This document shows positions 57,463 through 64,000 of a stretch of DNA of 64,000 nt, piece after piece (positions within the stretch are counted from its first letter, which is position 1; every line of letters begins with the position of its first letter). Source of the DNA: Candidatus Fermentithermobacillaceae bacterium. Lineage in GTDB: Bacteria; Bacillota; Sulfobacillia; Fermentithermobacillales; DUSS01. Location of the stretch: positions 7,206 to 71,205 of the forward strand of contig DYEQ01000076.1 of assembly GCA_020725645.1 (NCBI GenBank). Direction: 5' to 3'. Both the position numbers and the translations under genes were made by a program. The notes under the pieces are model-generated. The model saw only the letters and a list, made by a program, of their open reading frames with translations. It ran no database searches and was not told the DNA's origin.

Positions 57463-58135
57463 GGCATGACCTCCTCTTTGCCCGTGGCGTGCATGACCCC
57501 TGCGAGAGAAGCCGCTCCCCTAACACTATGGCATAAAGCCTATCCTGGGCACGTTTCAGATCGTCATTGATGATAACATAATCGAAGATGCCGAGCTCCC
57601 TGACCTCTTCCTGCGCCACCCGAAACCTTCGTTCCATCTCCGCCTGCGTTTCAGTGCCCCGTGCCTTCATTCTTCGCTGGAGCTCCTCAAAAGAGGGAGC
57701 AAGCACGAATATAAAAATAGCATCGGGGCAACGCTTTTTCAAGGTTTTGGCACCCTGGACGTCCTTCTCTACTATGACGTCCCAACCCGAGTTTCTTGCT
57801 CTTTCCAGGTCCTCGCCGGGAGTACCGTAAAGGTTGCCATAGACCTCGGCCCACTCGATAAACGTTCCCTGGCGCTCCAGGGCTAAAAACTCATCTTTGC
57901 TGACAAACTTATAGTCGAGTCCGTCGACTTCGCCGGGTCTGGGAGCTCTTGTGGTCACAGAAGGGCAGAACTTGAGTCCCTTGTCTCGTTGAAGCAAAGT
58001 TTTCCTCAGCGTCCCCTTACCACAGCCTGAGGGCGCCGATAGGACGAAAAGTAGTCCTCTCCCCCGATCAAACACGTCTTCGACTCTCCGGTTTCCCTTC
58101 GTCGGCATCTTCGTCCGCTTCCACGCGAGCGGCAA
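57344..58135 (-). CDS. gmk: guanylate kinase (the ORF carries a ~55-aa C-terminal extension that overlaps rpoZ)
   Basis: The Gmk blocks [44 protein letters not shown] and DYVIINDDL are present. The ORF continues about 55 codons past the usual C-terminus. Confidence 0.85.
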   Translation of the reverse strand: MPLAWKRTKMPTKGNRRVEDVFDRGRGLLFVLSAPSGCGKGTLRKTLLQRDKGLKFCPSVTTRAPRPGEVDGLDYKFVSKDEFLALERQGTFIEWAEVYGNLYGTPGEDLERARNSGWDVIVEKDVQGAKTLKKRCPDAIFIFVLAPSFEELQRRMKARGTETQAEMERRFRVAQEEVRELGIFDYVIINDDLKRAQDRLYAIVLGERLLSQGSCTPRAKRRSCHAQSAYREPGEKGELQIRPGDRDREESQADSGHQEADPS

Positions 58136-58376
58136 CGGTTTCTGGATGGACTGCGCTAAGTATAATGTGACCCGAGTCGGTGATAATCACCGCTCGGGTA
58201 CGTCTGCCTTGCGTCGCGTCAATAAGCATTCCCCGGTCCCTGGCATCGGCCACGATCCTCCGCACGGGAGCGGAGTCAGGAGAGACCATCGCTACGATCC
58301 TATTGGCTTGAACTATGTTTCCAAAGCCGATGGAGACCATCCTAGGTTTCATCGTCCAGCGAGCTGCCGGCCGCAA
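58068..58376 (-). CDS. remA: RemA/YlzA (DUF370) family protein
   Basis: [69 protein letters not shown] matches the RemA pattern remembered from Bacillus. It is in the conserved position upstream of gmk. Confidence 0.7.
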   Translation of the reverse strand: MRPAARWTMKPRMVSIGFGNIVQANRIVAMVSPDSAPVRRIVADARDRGMLIDATQGRRTRAVIITDSGHIILSAVHPETVAARVEADEDADEGKPESRRRV

Positions 58377-58428
58377 AACCCGACCTGTTCCCCGGGCGGC
58401 ATCCCTATCCGCCGCTGCCGCTCCGCTC

Positions 58429-58782
58429 TTACTTGGCCAGCCGCTCGAGCAAAGCCTCCTTCTGTCTCTTGCCCAGCCCTTGCACTCTCCTGGATTCGTC
58501 GATCCCGACTTCCTCCATGATCTTCTCCGCCTTCACCTTGCCGATCCTGGGCAGAGACCTCAGGAGATATGATACCCTCATGCGACCGATAACAGGATTG
58601 TCTTTCTCGAGGATTTCGGCAAAGGAAATATCGCCCCTCTTAAGTTTGTTCCTGAGATCGGCGCGTGCTCTTCTCATTTCCTGAGCTTTCTCGAGCGCCT
58701 TTTTCTTCTGCTCGGGCGTGAGTTTGGGTAATGCCATAATCTCCCTCCTTCTTAGCATGCTTACCGTAATGTGACGAGCCAA
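58429..58782 (-). CDS. mihF: integration host factor-like protein (actinobacterial MihF type)
   Basis: [44 protein letters not shown]...[46 protein letters not shown] has the mIHF-family pattern. The start is probably Met 58735. Confidence 0.6.
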   Translation of the reverse strand: MARHITVSMLRRREIMALPKLTPEQKKKALEKAQEMRRARADLRNKLKRGDISFAEILEKDNPVIGRMRVSYLLRSLPRIGKVKAEKIMEEVGIDESRRVQGLGKRQKEALLERLAK

Positions 58783-59059
58783 CAGCCTATGTCAACCTTT
58801 ACCTGCTTATTCGCTGCAAATTGGAAAAATCCTCTTTATGATATCTTTTCCCCGTGAAAATAAGCATCCTGCCGCCCGGCCCCGGATTGAGTTTTGACCA
58901 GGACGGCAGGCTCCTTTTAGACCTGCTTAGAACTTACTTGCCACTTACGGCCGAGACTCGGCAGGCGACCACTCAAGACGATTCGGGGGGTTACCTGCCT
59001 AGAGAAGAGCCGCCCGAGTCCGCAGCGTTGGTTACTGTTTCGGTCAACCTACGTGGGGA

Positions 59060-59353
59060 CTATCGTTTCACAATGGGTTGGGTCCAGTTCCACCCACTGT
59101 TGTTGTCCCAGTGGTCCGCCGAATCCTTGAAGCAGAAGTTTAGGTCTCTTTCGCCTTCCACCAGGATTCTCGCGGAAAACGACCCGTCGGCTATCTTCGA
59201 CATCGGAACTGTTTTGGGGTTCTTCCAGTCGTCGAAGCCGTAGTGGAGATACGTACGGTCGGCGCCGCTCTTGGCCAAGAGACCCCTGTAACCCACTTCG
59301 ACCATTTGACCTTTCACCGGAGGGCTCGGATTTACCCAGATTCTGTCGTCCAC
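59060..59353 (-). CDS. stand-alone starch-binding module protein (CBM25/26-like)
   Basis: 97-aa ORF with YLHYGFDDWKN...FCFKDSADHWDNNSGWNW (the WDNN.G.N motif). It lies directly downstream of the GH15 gene on the same strand. Confidence 0.5.
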   Translation of the reverse strand: MDDRIWVNPSPPVKGQMVEVGYRGLLAKSGADRTYLHYGFDDWKNPKTVPMSKIADGSFSARILVEGERDLNFCFKDSADHWDNNSGWNWTQPIVKR

Positions 59354-59444
59354 GTTGACACCTCCAATCGATCTTTGTTTCGCCGGCGTTAGTCTTCCCC
59401 CGACCGCCCCAGTTTAGACCGGGGCAAGATCGAGAGACGAAAGC

Positions 59445-61658
59445 TCATCGTAGGGAGTTGATGAGGTCCAGAAAACACGCATGAGACCAGGCCAGTGGCA
59501 TTACCGAGAGGGGTTTGAGGGTGCCGGGGTGGACCTGCTCGGGAAAGGCCCCGGACGGGGAAGCTACCCTGGAAAACCACCGCAGCGTTACGGGAAGCTC
59601 GCATCTCCCTCCTTCCCGGCTCCGGGAGTCCCAGGCCCCAATAACATCCTCGCGCTGCAGTAGGCCCAGGGCGAGCCCCGCCTGCAAGTACCATACGGTG
59701 GTTACTATCCAAGGGTTCCCCGGGTAATCGAAGTTTTCCTGACGCCAGTACCAGTCGCCTGGATACCGGGCCATACCTCCCCCGGAAAGCAGGGCACGCC
59801 CGGCCCGCCTTCTGGTTTCCGCTAGTATTCTCCGGATCTCTCCCCAACAGCACCTTTCGTCTCGAGCTAACCCGCTATCTCTGAGAAGCACAGGTATCAG
59901 AAAGAGGCTGGCGTCATCCACGAGATCGTCCGGAGAACGGAAAATGCCCTGGTTAGCTGGGGAGAAGTCGTTGAGGAGACCTTCCATCAGATCCAGGGCA
60001 GCTTCTTTAAAGGCGTTTGTGCTCGGGGTACCCAGGACATGGGATATCTTTGCAGCCGACCACAGTCCTGCCGCCGTCGCCGCCTGAGTAAAGGCAAAGT
60101 TCCCACGTCGCTCCTCCCATAAGTCGTACGAAGCCAGGACCACTCTTCCATCCGCGCGCCGGTAAGAACAAAGGAACTCTGCCGCGGGTTTTATCAACGA
60201 AGAGTACAAGCTCTGTAGAGTATCAAGATCCCCCGTGGAATCCAGATACATTCCCGCTGTCAGAAGCGTCAGAGCTGTCTCGTCAGCTTGAATGGGAAGA
60301 CCCCGAGGATCGGGGAGCCACGGATGCCAGCCCGAGCCCCTCGTACCGTCCGGCCTGTATCGTTGCCAAAAAAAGCCCCGTTCGTGAATACATTGGGCAG
60401 CAAACTCCAAGTACGTTCGAGCTACGTGCGTCATTCCGCACTTTAATAGCGCATTGGCCACCATTGCCGCGTCCCTCGGCCAAACGTACCTGTAATGGTC
60501 CCAGTAATCTGTCATGATATCGTCGTCGCATGAAGCCACTATGGCACCGTTTTCGCTCCAGTGGGCCGATGCGACGAGAACGGATGTGTTGTATAGGTAT
60601 TCGAGGTTATCCAGCTCGAACGACAACCCGGGCCTCGCAGGCCGCTGTATGGTCGCCGGCGGGATTTCGCTGCATCCGCCCGTCGCTTCAATGCCCTGTC
60701 CACCCGTTGCTGCCGCGCCGGGTCCGCCGGTTTGTGGTACGCCGAACCCGCCTTCGCCCGGCGCGGATTCGACACCAGCTATATCCGCTTGTGCAGAAAG
60801 CCCCCTACCAGCGTGGTAAACTTCCTGTGCTGGGTTGGATCCGGGCGCTTCCGACCACGCCTTCTGAAATAACCCCGGCGGCCGCAGGTATCGTTCCCAG
60901 TAACGCCGTGTCCTCGCGGAAATCCCGGAAAAGCCAAGGGCAAGACTTTCATCCATGGCCCGGTCCGCGTCTTCTTTGGTCGAACCCAGAGCTACTATGT
61001 AATTCAGACGGACCGGTCCTCTCACCAACCCGGTGACTCCGATAGCGCTTTCCACATAACCGTGATCCACGGGGTTTCCCAACACTCGAGGGGCATCGGG
61101 TAGAAAGCGTACGCCTCCGTCCCTCACCTTGGCGGCCATGCCATGAACTTCTAGTTCTCCAAGAGAACACGTTGGTTTGGATGCCGCCCCGGGTTCGAGG
61201 GCTAGGGAATGAGCTATCCATACGCTTCCTTTGTAGTGATATAGCTTCTTGTCCTGCGGTGACCAGGCCGCGCACTCGCCCACCATGCTCTCGGCGATGT
61301 TGTATCTTTGCCGGAAAAATAAGGCGATGTCTCCGGAAAAATCAGTCACAACAAAGGACCGGACCCAGACGGGAACGTACGGGTCAACCGCATCTTGAAC
61401 GAAGTCAAAAGGAGACGATTTGCTCACGGCGTGCTTCCACGTTACGACCATGCCGCGTTCGTAACGGCCCGTGACCTCATCCTTTTCTCCGAATAGAGGC
61501 GCCCATTTCCCGCTCCACAGGAAAACTCCGGTTCCTTCTCCGTGGCGCACATGGCTCAAAAGCCCAACCACGGGGAAAAAGAGTTCCCGCATCGTCGCCG
61601 TCAGGTCGAAGGTTACGCACAACCTTCCGTTGGAAAGAACGATCGACCTCATCCGCAT
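59445..61658 (-). CDS. GH15-family glucoamylase / glucodextranase-like glycoside hydrolase
   Basis: 737-aa ORF with an N-terminal beta-sandwich (MRSIVLSNGRLCVTFDLTATMRELFFPVVGL) and a C-terminal (alpha/alpha)6 catalytic domain (WDHYRYVWPRDAAMV, LWEERRGNFAFTQAATAAGLWSA). Confidence 0.8.
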   Translation of the reverse strand: MRMRSIVLSNGRLCVTFDLTATMRELFFPVVGLLSHVRHGEGTGVFLWSGKWAPLFGEKDEVTGRYERGMVVTWKHAVSKSSPFDFVQDAVDPYVPVWVRSFVVTDFSGDIALFFRQRYNIAESMVGECAAWSPQDKKLYHYKGSVWIAHSLALEPGAASKPTCSLGELEVHGMAAKVRDGGVRFLPDAPRVLGNPVDHGYVESAIGVTGLVRGPVRLNYIVALGSTKEDADRAMDESLALGFSGISARTRRYWERYLRPPGLFQKAWSEAPGSNPAQEVYHAGRGLSAQADIAGVESAPGEGGFGVPQTGGPGAAATGGQGIEATGGCSEIPPATIQRPARPGLSFELDNLEYLYNTSVLVASAHWSENGAIVASCDDDIMTDYWDHYRYVWPRDAAMVANALLKCGMTHVARTYLEFAAQCIHERGFFWQRYRPDGTRGSGWHPWLPDPRGLPIQADETALTLLTAGMYLDSTGDLDTLQSLYSSLIKPAAEFLCSYRRADGRVVLASYDLWEERRGNFAFTQAATAAGLWSAAKISHVLGTPSTNAFKEAALDLMEGLLNDFSPANQGIFRSPDDLVDDASLFLIPVLLRDSGLARDERCCWGEIRRILAETRRRAGRALLSGGGMARYPGDWYWRQENFDYPGNPWIVTTVWYLQAGLALGLLQREDVIGAWDSRSREGGRCELPVTLRWFSRVASPSGAFPEQVHPGTLKPLSVMPLAWSHACFLDLINSLR

Positions 61659-61756
61659 GACCCCCGGATAATTCTTTCTCGAATAAAACCCTTGCTTATT
61701 CCTAATATCTAGTACAGATTCAGCGTCACCCGAGTACCGGTTGGCAGGGGGAAGAC

Positions 61757-62764
61757 ATGTACACCTGGATCTGGATACCCATTGCAGCAGGGGTTTTTGC
61801 CATAGCTCTGGTGATATTGCGGTGGCTTCTGGCCGTCCGCCGGCCGGGCGTTACACGTCAGGCCGCTGAAACCTCGCCTGAGGAGACGCGCGAGGGCGGA
61901 CGCGGAGGCGCCCGGGAAGGTGCCCATGGCGCCTACGCCCGGTCGTACCCGGCTCAAAAGATTCTTCGCAGCATCATTAAGTCGAAGAGAGCTCTCCCCA
62001 AGGAAGTCGAGCTCGCATGGGAAGCTTCGGAGATCATCGATATCCAGCCAGGTGCCCACGCCCGGACGGGCAAGGAACCGGCTCCCTGGGAGAAACCACC
62101 GGCCTCCGATAGGACGTCTGGTCCTGGTCCCACCGCCGGTAGGGAGGTGCACGTAAGGCCGGGCGGAGGACGTGCACCTGGTACTCGAACGGGCCCTGGG
62201 GAATGGGAAGGCGTCTCCCAACCTTCGTCCGTCCCCGCGACAGCTGCGGTACCCCTGGGTGAGCTCCAACCCGGCAGCTGCTGGGGCCGGGAGGAGAGGT
62301 ACCAGCTTCCCTCCCGCTACGGAGTCGACAGGCTGGTACTCCTGGCGAGAGACCCGTACTGGCTTTACGCTTACTGGGAGATAACCCACCAGAAGTACGC
62401 GGAAATGCGCGACAAACACCTGCGGGAATGGGACCTCTCAAGACCCTTATTGCGGCTGTCCGATATCACTCCCGGCGTCCCTCAGGAACAGCGGCACCTC
62501 GACATTTTCATAACGGAGGAGGCCGATAACTGGTACGTCCACGTCGGAAGGCCCCGCCATACGCTGTTCGCGGAGATCGGCAGGCTCCTGCCTCATTCCG
62601 TTTTCGTCCCGCTGGTGCGGTCCAACGTCGTCACGCTTCCTCCCGACTCGGTGTCGGAAGAGATATCGGAAGAGTGGGCGCCCGTGGAATGGCCGGGACG
62701 CTACCCGGGTTACAGGCGGGGCATAGGACTGAGCTCACCCTGGGTCTGGGGGCGCCGGACATGA
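61757..62764 (+). CDS. DUF4912-like protein (proline-rich N-terminal region plus a conserved C-terminal domain), translationally coupled to GH57
   Basis: An N-terminal TM helix is followed by a low-complexity Pro/Gly/Arg-rich segment. The conserved C-terminal domain (VLLARDPYWLYAYWEITHQKYAEMRDKHLREWDLSRPLLRLSDI...DNWYVHVGRP) is of the kind often found next to GH57 branching-enzyme genes. Its stop overlaps the next gene's ATG (ATGA). Confidence 0.5.
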   Translation: MYTWIWIPIAAGVFAIALVILRWLLAVRRPGVTRQAAETSPEETREGGRGGAREGAHGAYARSYPAQKILRSIIKSKRALPKEVELAWEASEIIDIQPGAHARTGKEPAPWEKPPASDRTSGPGPTAGREVHVRPGGGRAPGTRTGPGEWEGVSQPSSVPATAAVPLGELQPGSCWGREERYQLPSRYGVDRLVLLARDPYWLYAYWEITHQKYAEMRDKHLREWDLSRPLLRLSDITPGVPQEQRHLDIFITEEADNWYVHVGRPRHTLFAEIGRLLPHSVFVPLVRSNVVTLPPDSVSEEISEEWAPVEWPGRYPGYRRGIGLSSPWVWGRRT

Positions 62765-64000
62765 GGAAGGGACTGTTGTGCCTCATCCTCCACGCCCATT
62801 TGCCTTTCGTGAAGCATCCCGAGCACGACAGCTCTTACGAAGAAAGGTGGCTCTACTCAGCCGTAACCGAGTCGTACATCCCTCTTCTCAGGGTTTTCAA
62901 TGACCTGGCCGAGGACGACATTCCCTTCCGGGTCACGGTGTCGCTCTCGCCTCCCCTTCTCGAGATGCTCTCCGACGGATTTCTGATAGGCAGGTACGTC
63001 AAGCACCTTGATGCCCTTCTTCGTCTGGCCGAAAAGGAAGTGGAGCGAACCTCTTTCGACCCGGCCTTGAATTCGTTGGCCCGCCGCAATCTCGCGGAGC
63101 TCCAGGATATCCGCCGAATTCTCGAGGACAGGTTCCGCTTCGACCTGGTAAAACCCTGGCGCGACCTGGAGTCCGCCGGCTATCTCGAACTCATCACGTC
63201 GGCGGCGACTCACGGATACCTGCCTCTCATGCTGAGAAGGGAATCGGTGAAAGCTCAGCTGATGACGGGGTCGAAGGTTTTCCGGCGGCATTTCGGTCAT
63301 GAGCCCCTCGGGTTCTGGCTTCCGGAGTGCGCTTATACCCCCGTCGCCGAGCCGTTTCTCAAGAAAGAGGGCATCCGGTACTTCGTTCTGGAAACCCACG
63401 GTATCCTTCACGCATCCCCCCGGCCGAAGTACGGGTTTTACGCGCCCATAGTGACCCCAGAGAGACTTCTCTGTTTCGGGCGGGATCCTGACTGCTCCAA
63501 GCAAGTCTGGAGCCAGGACGAGGGTTATCCGGGTGACCCCTGGTACCGGGACTTCTACAGAGACATCGGTTACGATTTGCCCGAAGATTACCTCGGCGAG
63601 GCGCTGCCGGGAGGCGCACGGGCACCTGTGGGACTGAGGTATTGGCGCATAACCGAAAAACACAGCGCCCATAAGGAACTTTACTGGCCCGAAATAGCAA
63701 GAGAGCGAGCATGGGAGCATGCCGGGAACTTCATGTTCTGGAGAACCCGGGAAGCTCAGTGGTGGTCCGGCGTTCTGGGACGTAGCCCCGTGATGGTGGC
63801 GCCTTACGACGCGGAGCTCCTCGGTCACTGGTGGTACGAGGGCCCCATGTGGCTTGAATTCTTCATCCGTCGAATGCACCGGGAGCAGCGGGATGTGGTG
63901 ATGATATCTCCTTCCCAATATCCCGAGTTCTACCCCATCAACCAGGTAGCTCGCCCCGCCGAATCCAGCTGGGGTTACAAGGGCTACCACGAGGTGTGGC
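62761..64000 (+). CDS. glgB: GH57-family 1,4-alpha-glucan branching enzyme (partial; open at the window end)
   Basis: Own translation from ATG 62761 gives MRKGLLCLILHAHLPFVKHPEHDSSYEERWLYSAVTESYIPLL...WLPECAYTPV...LETHGILHASPRPKYGFYAP...YWRIT...HWWYEGPMWLEFFIRRM. These are GH57 hallmark blocks, including the HxHxP start motif. The ORF track instead lists a spurious antisense ORF at 62857-63990. Confidence 0.8.
   Translation, partial: MRKGLLCLILHAHLPFVKHPEHDSSYEERWLYSAVTESYIPLLRVFNDLAEDDIPFRVTVSLSPPLLEMLSDGFLIGRYVKHLDALLRLAEKEVERTSFDPALNSLARRNLAELQDIRRILEDRFRFDLVKPWRDLESAGYLELITSAATHGYLPLMLRRESVKAQLMTGSKVFRRHFGHEPLGFWLPECAYTPVAEPFLKKEGIRYFVLETHGILHASPRPKYGFYAPIVTPERLLCFGRDPDCSKQVWSQDEGYPGDPWYRDFYRDIGYDLPEDYLGEALPGGARAPVGLRYWRITEKHSAHKELYWPEIARERAWEHAGNFMFWRTREAQWWSGVLGRSPVMVAPYDAELLGHWWYEGPMWLEFFIRRMHREQRDVVMISPSQYPEFYPINQVARPAESSWGYKGYHEVW

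Noticed and set aside
62857-63990. 377-aa minus-strand ORF listed in the track
   Set aside because: It is antisense to a clearly recognisable GH57 branching-enzyme frame on the + strand, which is open at the window end and therefore missing from the track.

Overview
This 64 kb window is a high-GC (~60%) chromosomal segment from a spore-forming Firmicute. The spore-former call rests on SASP, GPR, YlbJ, RemA and the ylb/ylo/ylq synteny blocks; the lineage looks Clostridia-like, possibly Peptococcaceae or Thermoanaerobacterales. Almost all of it is conserved housekeeping synteny. The order is: alpha-glucan phosphorylase, a HepT/MntA TA pair, TPR and SLH surface proteins, rbgA-lepB-rplS-trmD-ylqD-ylqC-rpsP-ffh-ylxM, an inserted prolyl oligopeptidase, ftsY-smc, an inserted HTH/S24-like regulator, rnc, an inserted ECF sigma/anti-sigma pair, fabF-acpP-fabG-fabD-degV-fabH-plsX-fapR, rpmF-yceD-ylbL and ylbJ/coaD, gpr and a SASP gene, recG-yloV(fakA)-asp23, rpmB, rpe-rsgA-prkC-prpC-rsmB-yugP-(def-fmt)-priA-coaBC-rpoZ-gmk-remA-mihF, and an alpha-glucan block of GH15 glucoamylase + CBM and DUF4912 + GH57 branching enzyme. 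I found no rRNA, tRNA, IS element or CRISPR array. The most unusual feature is non-coding: a strictly phased array of 10 imperfectly palindromic 19-bp sites on a 42-bp (84-bp alternating) period in the convergent gap between gpr and ssp. A related 3x ~72-bp repeat lies upstream of gpr. Other oddities are a single-ORF Def-Fmt fusion, a degenerate HEPN relic, a FapR with a disordered C-terminal tail, a gmk/rpoZ overlap, and accessory insertions (POP, ECF sigma, an S24-like regulator with a degenerated catalytic dyad) inside otherwise invariant operons. All protein calls come from my own reading of the translated ORFs against remembered family motifs; no database search was possible.
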